Below are positions 12,714 to 22,268 of a DNA stretch of 22,471 nucleotides, piece by piece (within the stretch, counting starts at the first letter, position 1; every line of letters starts with the position of its first letter). The notes below the pieces were generated by a model. The model saw nothing but the letters and a program-made list of their open reading frames with translations, was not told where the DNA came from and did not search any database. The translations under genes and the position numbers were made by a program. Source of the DNA: Utricularia gibba (taxonomy: Eukaryota; Plantae; Magnoliophyta); assembly GCA_002189035.1 (NCBI GenBank), contig NEEC01000266.1, positions 1 through 22,471 on the forward strand, given 5' to 3'.

Positions 12714-15700
12714 GGTCCTACTCGACGAAAATCGTGATGCAGTTATTGAAGTTAGGATTTCATGAGCACCCAAAATGCTTTTTCAATCGCATGCTTTAGT
12801 TGAGGAGGCGCTCTAGTGGGGCACGGTATCGGGCAAAAGGTCGAGTCGGGCTCGCTCCCAGAGTCATTTGTAGCCCGACAAAAATTGATGCATTTATTAA
12901 CGTTCGGCGCTATTAGGCTGCCTACATAGTTTCTCAAGGAAAAGCTTGTCGTTTCTGGCGGTGATGTCGTTGGAACTTCGTTCGGACCCAAGGTTCTGAC
13001 TGACTCCTTTGCCACATCGGGTCCTACTCGACGAAAATCGTGATGCAGTTATTGAAGTTAGGATGTCATGAGCACCCAAAATGGTTTTCTCAACCGCATG
13101 CTTTATATTTGATAAGGCGCTCTCGTGGGGCAACGGTATCGAGTAGGAGGTCGAGTCGAGCTCGGGCCCATAGTCATTTGTAGCTCGGCAAAAAACTTGA
13201 TGCATTAATTAACGTTGGGTTTTAATAGAACGCCTACATTGTTTTCTCAAGGAAAAGCTTGTCGTTTCTGGCGGGTGATGTCGTTGGAACTTCGTTCGGA
13301 CCCAAGGTTCTGTCTGACTCCTTTGCCACATCGGGTCCTACTCGACGAAAATCGTGATGCAGTTATTGAAGTTAGGATTTCATGAGCACCCAAAATGGTT
13401 TTCTCAACCGCATGCTTTATATTTGATAAGGTGCTCTCGTGGGGCAACGGTATCGAGTAGGAGGTCGAGTCGAGCTCGGGCCCATAGTCATTTGTAGCTC
13501 GGCAAAAAACTTGATGCATTTATTAACGTTGGTTTTAATAGGCTGCCTCAATGGTTTTCTCAAGGAAAAGCTTGTCGTTTTTGGGCGGGTGATGTCGTTG
13601 TGAACTTCGTTCTGACCCAAGGTTCGGTCTGTCTCCTTTGCCAAATCTGGTCCTACTCGACGAAAATCGTGATGCAGTTATTGAAGTTAGGATTTCATGA
13701 GCACCCAAAATGCTTTTTTCAATCGCATGCTTTGTAGTTGAGGAGGCGCTCTAGTGGGGCACGGTATCGGGCAAAAGGTCGAGTCGGGCTCGCTCCCAGA
13801 GTCATTTGTAGCCTGTCAAAAAAAGTGATGCATTTATTAACGTTGGGTTTTAATAGGCTACCTACATGGTTTCTCAAGGAAAAGCTTGTCGTTTCTGGCG
13901 GGTGATGTCGTTGGGAACTTCGTTCGGACCCAAGGTTCTGTCTGACTCCTTTGCCACATCGGGTCCTACTCGACGAAAATCGTGATGCAGTTATTGAAGT
14001 TAGGATTTCATGAGCACCCAAAATGGTTTTCTCAACCGCATGCTTTATATTTGATAAGGCTCTCGTGGGGCAACGGTATCGAGTAGGAGGTCGAGTCGAG
14101 CTCGGGCCCATAGTCATTTGTAGCTCGGCAAAAAACTTGATGCATTTATTAACGTTGGTTTTAATAGGCTGCCTCAATGGTTTTCTCAAGGAAAAGCTTG
14201 TCGTTTTTGGGCGGTGATGTCGTTGTGAACTTCGTTCTGACCCAAGGTTCGGTCTGTCTCCTTTGCCAAATCTGGTCCTACTCGACGAAAATCGTGATGC
14301 AGTTATTGAAGTTAGGATTTCATGAGCACCCAAAATGCTTTTTTCAATCGCATGCTTTGTAGTTGAGGAGGCGCTCTAGTGGGGCACGGTATCGGCAAAA
14401 GGTCGAGTCGGCTCGCTCCCAGAGTCATTTGTAGCCGTCAAAAAATGATGCATTTATTAACGTTGGTTTTAATAGGCTGCCTACATGGTTTCTCAAGGAA
14501 AAGCTTGTCGTTTCTGGGCGGGTGATGTCTTTTGGAACTTCGTTCTGACCAAGGTTCGGTCTGACTCCTTTGCCACATCGGGTCCTACTCGACGAAAATC
14601 GTGATGCAGTTATTGAAGTTAGGATGTCATGAGCACCCAAAATGGTTTTCTCAACCGCATGCTTTATATTTGAGGAGGCGCTCTCGTGGGGCAACGGTAT
14701 CGAGTAGGAGGTCGAGTCGAGCTCGGGCCCATAGTCATTTGTAGCTCGGCAAAAAACTTGATGCATTAATTAACGTTGGGTTTTAATAGAACGCCTACAT
14801 TGTTTTCTCAAGGAAAAGCTTGTCGTTTTTGGGCGGGTGATTTCGTTGTGAACTTCGTTCTGACCCAAGTTCGGTCTGACTCCTTTGCCACATCGGGTCC
14901 TACTCGACGAAAATCGTGATGCAGTTATTAAGTTAGGATGTCATGAGCACCCAAAATGGTTTTCTCAACCGCATGCTTTATATTTGATAAGGTGCTCTCG
15001 TGGGGCAACGGTATCGAGTAGGAGGTCGAGTCGAGCTCGGGCCCATAGTCATTTGTAGCTCGGAAAAAATTGATGCATTTATTAACGTTTGGTTTTAATA
15101 GGCTGCCTCAATGGTTTTCTCAAGGAAAAGCTTGTCGTTTTTGGGCGGGTGATGTCGTTGTGAACTTCGTTCTGACCAAGGTTCGGTCTGACTCCTTTGC
15201 CACATCGGGTCCTACTCGACGAAAATCGTGATGCAGTTATTGAAGTTAGGATATCATGAGCACCCAAAATGGTTTTCTCAACCGCATGCTTTATATTTGA
15301 TAAGGCACTCTCGTGGGGCAACGGTATCGAGCAGGAGGTCGAGTCGAGCTCGGGCCCAGAGTCATTTTAGCCCGACAAAAAATTGATGCATTTATTAACG
15401 TTCGGCGCTATTAGCTGCCTACATAGTTTCTCAAGGAAAAGCTTGTTTTGAAGTTAGGAACTTCGTTCGGACCCAAGGTTCTGTCTGACTCCTTTGCCAC
15501 ATCGGGTCCTACTCGACGAAAATCGTGATGCAGTTATTGAAGTTAGGATGTCATGAGCACCCAAAATGGTTTTCTCAACCGCATGCTTTATATTTGAGGA
15601 GGCGCTCTCGTGGGGCAACGGTATCGAGCAGGAGGTCGAGTCGAGCTCGGGCCCCGAGTCATTTGTAGCCCGCAAAAAATTGATGCATTTATTAACGTTC

Positions 15701-16750
15701 GGCTTTATTAGGCTGCCTACATAGTTTCTCAAGGAAAAGCTTGTCGTTTCTGGGCGGGTGATGTCGTTGGGAACTTCGTTCGGACCCAAGGTTCGTCTGA
15801 CTCCTTTGCCACATCGGGTCCTACTCGACGAAAATCGTGATGCAGTTATTGAAGTTAGGATGTCATGAGCACCCAAAATGCTTTTCTCAACCGCATGCTT
15901 TATATTTGATAGGCGCTCTCGTGGGCAACGGTATCGAGCAGGAGGTCGAGTCGAGCTCGGGCCCAGAGTCATTTGTAGCCCGACAAAAATATTGATGCAT
16001 TTATTAACGTTCGGCTTAGGCTGCCTACATGTTTCTCAAGGAAAAGCTTGTCGTTTCTGGCGGGTGATGTCGTTGGGAACTTCGTTCGGACCCAAGGTTC
16101 TGTCTGACTCCTTTGCCACATCGGGTCCTACTCGACGAAAATCGTGATGCAGTTATTGAAGTTAGGATGTCATGAGCACCCAAAATGGTTTTCTCAACCG
16201 CATGCTTTATATTTGAGGAGGCGCTCTCGTGGGCAACGGTATCGAGCAGGAGGTCGAGTCGAGCTCGGGCCCAGAGTCATTTGTAGCCCGACAAAAATAT
16301 TGATGCATTTATTAACGTTCGGCGCTATTAGGCTGCCTACATAGTTTCTCAAGGAAAAGCTTGTCGTTTCTGGCGGTGATGTCGTTGGGAACTTCGTTCG
16401 GACCCAAGGTTCTGTCTGACTCCTTTGCCACATCGGGTCCTACTCGACGAAAATCGTGATGCAGTTATTGAAGTTAGGATGTCATGAGCACCCAAAATGG
16501 TTTTCTCAACCGCATGCTTTATATTTGAGGAGGCGCTCTCGTGGGGCAACGGTATCGAGCAGGAGGTCGAGTCGAGCTCGGGCCCATAGTCATTTGTAGC
16601 TCGGCAAAAAACTTGATGCATTTATTAACGGTTGGTTTTAATAGGCTGCCTCAATGGTTTTCTCAAGGAAAAGCTTGTCGTTTTTGGGGGGTGATGTCGT
16701 TGTGAACTTCGTTCTGACCCAAGGTTCGGTCTGTCTCCTTTGCCAAATCT
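12714..16750. repeat. 13-monomer higher-order repeat, copy 1 (4,037 bp)
   Basis: The order of diagnostic monomer variants matches 16751-20788 position by position: S, TTAATTAA, N-AAATCT, S, N-AAATCT, S, TTAATTAA, CTCGGA/AACGTTTGG, deletion monomer, CCCGAG, GATAGGCG, GAGGAGG/CCCGAC, N-AAATCT. Confidence 0.85.
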
Positions 16751-19700
16751 GGTCCTACTCGACGAAAATCGTGATGCAGTTATTGAAGTTAGGATTTCAT
16801 GAGCACCCAAAATGCTTTTGTCAATCGCATGCTTTGTATTGAGGAGGCGCTCTAGTGGGGCACGGTATCGGCAAAAGGTCGAGTCGGGCTCGCTCCCAGA
16901 GTCATTTGTAGCCCGACAAAAAATTGATGCATTTATTAACGTTCGGCGCTATTAGGCTGCCTACATAGTTTCTCAAGGAAAAGCTTATCGTTTCTGGCCG
17001 GTGATGTCGTTGGGAACTTCGTTCGGACCCAAGGTTCTGACTGACTCCTTTGCCACATCGGGTCCTACTCGACGAAAATCGTGATGCAGTTATTGAAGTT
17101 AGGATGTCATGAGCACCCAAAATGGTTTTCTCAACCGCATGCTTTATATTTGATAAGGTGCTCTCGTGGGGCAACGGTATCGAGTAGGAGGTCGAGTCGA
17201 GCTCGGGCCCATAGTCATTTGTAGCTCGGCAAAAAACTTGATGCATTAATTAACGTTGGGTTTTAATAGAACGCTACATTGTTTTCTCAAGGAAAAGCTT
17301 GTCGTTTCTGGCGGGTGATGTCGTTGGGAACTTCGTTCGGACCAAGGTTCTGTCTGACTCCTTTGCCACATCGGGTCCTACTCGACGAAAATCGTGATGC
17401 AGTTATTGAAGTTAGGATTTCATGAGCACCCAAAATGGTTTTCTCAACCGCATGCTTTATATTTGATAAGGTGCTCTCGTGGGGCAACGGTATCGAGTAG
17501 GAGGTCGAGTCGAGCTCGGGCCCATAGTCATTTGTAGCTCGGCAAAAAACTTGATGCATTTATTAACGGTTGGTTTTAATAGGCTGCCTCAATGGTTTTC
17601 TCAAGGAAAAGCTTGTCGTTTTTGGGCGGGTGATGTCGTTGTGAACTTCGTTCTGACCCAAGGTTCGGTCTGTCTCCTTTGCCAAATCTGGTCCTACTCG
17701 ACGAAAATCGTGATGCAGTTATTGAAGTTAGGATTTCATGAGCACCCAAAATGCTTTTTTCAATCGCATGCTTTGTATTGAGGAGGCGCTCTCGTGGGGC
17801 ACGGTATCGGGCAAAAGGTCGAGTCGAGCTCGCTCCCAGAGTCATTTTTAGCCTGTCAAAAAAATTGATGCATTTATTAACGTTGGGTTTTAATAGGCTG
17901 CCTACATGGTTTCTCAAGGAAAAGCTTGTCGTTTCTGCGCGGGTGATGTCGTTGGGAACTTCGTTCGGACCCAAGGTTCTGTCTGACTCCTTTGCCACAT
18001 CGGGTCCTACTCGACGAAAATCGTGATGCAGTTATTGAAGTTAGGATTTCATGAGCACCCAAAATGGTTTTCTCAACCGCATGCTTTATATTTGATAAGG
18101 TGCTCTCGTGGGGCAACGGTATCGAGTAGGAGGTCGAGTCGAGCTCGGGCCCATAGTCATTTGTAGCTCGGCAAAAAACTTGATGCATTTATTAACGGTT
18201 GGTTTTAATAGGCTGCCTCAATGGTTTTCTCAAGGAAAAGCTTGTCGTTTTTGGGCGGGTGATGTCGTTGTGAACTTCGTTCTGACCCAAGGTTCGGTCT
18301 GTCTCCTTTGCCAAATCTGGTCCTACTCGACGAAAATCGTGATGCAGTTATTGAAGTTAGGATTTCATGAGCACCCAAAATGCTTTTTTCAATCGCATGC
18401 TTTGTAGTTGAGGAGGCGCTCTAGTGGGGCACGGTATCGGGCAAAAGGTCGAGTCGGGCTCGCTCCCAGAGTCATTTTTAGCCCAAAAAAATGATGCATT
18501 TATTAACGTTGGTTTTAATAGGCTGCCTACATGGTTCTCAAGGAAAAGCTTGTCGTTTCTGGGCGGGTGATGTCTTTTGGAACTTCGTTCTGACCATAGG
18601 TTCGGTCTGACTCCTTTGCCACATCGGGTCCTACTCGACGAAAATCGTGATGCAGTTATTGAAGTTAGGATGTCATGAGCACCCAAAATGGTTTTCTCAA
18701 CCGCATGCTTTATATTTGAGGAGGCGCTCTCGTGGGGCAACGGTATCGAGTAGGAGGTCGAGTCGAGCTCGGGCCCATAGTCATTTGTAGCTCGGCAAAA
18801 AACTTGATGCATTAATTAACGTTGGGTTTTAATAGCGCCTACATTGTTTTCTCAAGGAAAAGCTTGTCGTTTTTGGGCGGGTGATGTCGTTGTGAACTTC
18901 GTTCTGACCCAAGGTTCGGTCTGACTCCTTTGCCACATCGGGTCCTACTCGACGAAAATCGTGATGCAGTTATTGAAGTTAGGATGTCATGAGCACCCAA
19001 AATGGTTTTCTCAACCGCATGCTTTATATTTGATAAGGTGCTCTCGTGGGGCAACGGTATCGAGTAGGAGGTCGAGTCGAGCTCGGGCCCATAGTCATTT
19101 GTAGCTCGGAAAAAATTGATGCATTTATTAACGTTTGGTTTTAATAGGCTGCCTCAATGGTTTCTCAAGGAAAAGCTTGTCGTTTTTGGGCGGGTGATGT
19201 CGTTGTGAACTTCGTTCTGACCAAGGTTCGGTCTGACTCCTTTGCCACATCGGGTCCTACTCGACGAAAATCGTGATGCAGTTATTGAAGTTAGGATTCA
19301 TGAGCACCCAAAATGGTTTTCTCAACCGCATGCTTTATATTTGATAAGGCACTCTCGTGGGGCAACGGTATCGAGCAGGAGGTCGAGTCGAGCTCGGCCC
19401 AGAGTCATTTTTAGCCCGACAAAAATTGATGCATTTATTAACGTTCGGCTATTAGGCTGCCTACATGTTTCTCAAGGAAAAGCTTGTTTTTGGTTTGGAA
19501 CTTCGTTCGGACCCAAGGTTCTGTCTGACTCCTTTGCCACATTGGGTCCTACTCGACGAAAATCGTGATGCAGTTATTGAAGTTAGGATGTCATGAGCAC
19601 CCAAAATGGTTTTCTCAACCGCATGCTTTATATTTGAGGAGGCGCTCTCGTGGGGCAACGTATCGAGCAGGAGGTCGAGTCGAGCTCGGGCCCGAGTCAT

Positions 19701-20788
19701 TTGTAGCCGACAAAAAATTGATGCATTTATTAACGTTGGTTTATTAGGCTGCCTACATAGTTTCTCAAGGAAAAGCTTGTCGTTTCTGGGCGGGTGATGT
19801 CGTTGGGAACTTCGTTCGGACCCAAGGTTCTGTCTGACTCCTTTGCCACATCGGGTCCTACTCGACGAAAATCGTGATGCAGTTATTGAAGTTAGGATGT
19901 CATGAGCACCCAAAATGGTTTTCTCAACCGCATGCTTTATATTTGATAGGCGCTCTCGTGGGCAACGGTATCGAGCAGGAGGTCGAGTCGAGCTCGGGCC
20001 CAGAGTCATTTGTAGCCGACAAAAAATTGATGCATTTATTAACGTTCGGTATTAGGCTGCCTACATAGTTTCTCAAGGAAAAGCTTGTCGTTTCTGGCGG
20101 GTGATGTCGTTGGGAACTTCGTTCGGACCCAAGGTTCTGTCTGACTCCTTTGCCACATCGGGTCCTACTCGACGAAAATCGTGATGCAGTTATTGAAGTT
20201 AGGATGTCATGAGCACCCAAAATGGTTTTCTCAACCGCATGCTTTATATTTGAGGAGGCGCTCTCGTGGGGCAACGGTATCGAGCAGGAGGTCGAGTCGA
20301 GCTCGGGCCCAGAGTCATTTGTAGCCCGACAAAAAATTGATGCATTTATTAACGTTCGGCTTATTAGGCTGCCTACATAGTTTTCTCAAGGAAAAGCTTG
20401 TCGTTTCTGGGCGGGTGATGTCGTTGGGAACTTCGTTCGGACCCAAGGTTCTTCTGACTCCTTTGCCACATCGGGTCCTACTCGACGAAAATCGTGATGC
20501 AGTTATTGAAGTTAGGATGTCATGAGCACCCAAAATGGTTTTCTCAACCGCATGCTTTATATTTGATAAGGCGCTCTCGTGGGGCAACGGTATCGAGTAG
20601 GAGGTCGAGTCGAGCTCGGGCCCATAGTCATTTGTAGCTCGGCAAAAAACTTGATGCATTTATTAACGTTGGTTTTAATAGGCTGCCTCAATGGTTTTCT
20701 CAAGGAAAAGCTTGTCGTTTTTGGGCGGGTGATGTCGTTGTGAACTTCGTTCTGACCCAAGGTTCGGTCTGTCTCCTTTGCCAAATCT
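16751..20788. repeat. 13-monomer higher-order repeat, copy 2 (4,038 bp)
   Basis: Same 13-step variant order as 12714-16750, including rare markers: the deletion after AAGCTTGT (about 15447 vs 19487), AACGTTTGG (monomers 14896 vs 18941) and TGATAGGCG (monomers 15817 vs 19854). Confidence 0.85.
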
Positions 20789-21724
20789 GGTCCTACTCGA
20801 CGAAAATCGTGATGCAGTTATTGAAGTTAGGATTTCATGAGCACCCAAAATGTTTTCTCAACCGCATGCTTTATATTTGAAGGCGCTCTCGTGGGGCAAC
20901 GGTATCGAGCAGGAGGTCGAGTCGAGCTCGGGCCCAGAGTCATTTGTAGCCCGACAAAAATATTGATGCATTTATTAACGTTCGGCGCTATTAGGCTGCC
21001 TACATAGTTTCTCAAGGAAAAGCTTATCGTTTCTGGGCGGGTGATGTCGTTGGGAACTTCGTTCGGACCCAAGGTTCTGTCTGACTCCTTTGCCACATCG
21101 GGTCCTACTCGACGAAAATCGTGATGCAGTTATTGAAGTTAGGATGTCATGAGCACCCAAAATGGTTTTCTCAACCGCATGCTTTATATTTGAGGAGGCG
21201 CTCTCGTGGGGCAACGGTATCGAGGGAGGTCGAGTCGAGCTCGGGCCCATAGTCATTTGTAGCTCGGCAAAAAACTTGATGCATTAATTAACGTTGGGTT
21301 TTAATAGCGCCTACATTGTTTTCTCAGGAAAAGCTTGTCGTTTTTGGGCGGGTGATTTCGTTGTGAACTTCGTTCTGACCAACAATTCGGTCTGACTCCT
21401 TTGCCACATCGGGTCCTACTCGACGAAAATCGTGATGCAGTTATTGAAGTTAGGATGTCATGAGCACCCAAAATGGTTTTCTCAACCGCATGCTTTATAT
21501 TTGATAAGGTGCTCTCGTGGGCAACGGTATCGAGTAGGAGGTCGAGTCGAGCTCGGGCCCATAGTCATTTGTAGCTCGCAAAAAACTTGATGCATTTATT
21601 AACGGTTGGTTTTAATAGGCCGCCTAAATGGTTTTCTCAAGAAAAAGCTTGTCGTTTTTGGGCGGGTGATGTCGTTGTGAACTTCGTTCTGACCATAGGT
21701 TCGTCTGACTCCTTTGCCACATCG
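20789..21724. repeat. Partial, more diverged third copy of the 13-mer HOR (about 3 monomers)
   Basis: Monomer 20789 shares AAGCTTATCG/CCCGAC/GGCGCT with 16751 but has an N-type 5' part. Monomer 21101 has TTAATTAA at 21284, 4,038 bp after the one at 17246. Monomer 21412 shares AACGGTT with 17374. Confidence 0.55.
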
Positions 21725-22192
21725 GGTCCTACTCGACGAAAATCGTGATGCAGTTATTGAAGTTAGGATGTCATGAGCACCCAAAGTGGTTTCTCAACCG
21801 CATGCTTTATATTTGAGGAGGCGCTCTCGTGGGGCAACGGTATCGAGCAGGAGGTCGAGTCGAGCTCGGGCCCAGAGTCATTTGTAGCCCGACAAAAATA
21901 TTGATGCATTTATTAACGTTCGGGCTATTAGGCTGCCTACATAGTTTCTCAAAGAAAAGCTTGTCGTTTCTGCGCGGGTGATGTCGTTGGGAACTTCGTT
22001 CGGACCCAAGGTTCTGTCTGACTCCTTTGCCACATCGGGTCCTACTCAACGAAAATCGTGATGCAGTTATTGAAGTTAGGATGTCATGAGCACCCAAAAT
22101 GGTTTTCTCAACCGCATGCTTTATATTTGAGGAGGCGCTCTCGTGGGGCAACGGTATCGAGCAGGAGGTCGAGTCGAGCTCGGCCCATAGTC

Positions 22193-22268
22193 ATTTGTAG
22201 CTCGGCAAAAAATTTGATGCATTTATTAACATTTGTAGCTCGGCAAAAAATTTGATGCATTTATTAAC
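22193..22268. repeat. Perfect 38-bp tandem duplication inside the last full monomer
   Basis: ATTTGTAGCTCGGCAAAAAATTTGATGCATTTATTAAC occurs at 22193-22230 and again at 22231-22268; the monomer is 350 bp (312+38). Confidence 0.95.

Noticed and set aside
13719-14333. Longest ORF (204 aa, minus strand)
   Set aside because: It spans two monomers and repeats the same peptide twice. With a ~312-bp unit (a multiple of 3), chance read-through across two monomers is expected.
187-22255. About 100 ORFs of 60-204 aa on both strands with recurring peptides (e.g. LGAHEILTSITASRFSSSRTRCGKG, MMQLLKLGFHEHPKWFSQPHAL)
   Set aside because: They are translations of the same repeat in shifting frames, broken by indels and stops at inconsistent positions. 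I recognise no domain, and there is no frame conservation or ORF extending over many monomers.
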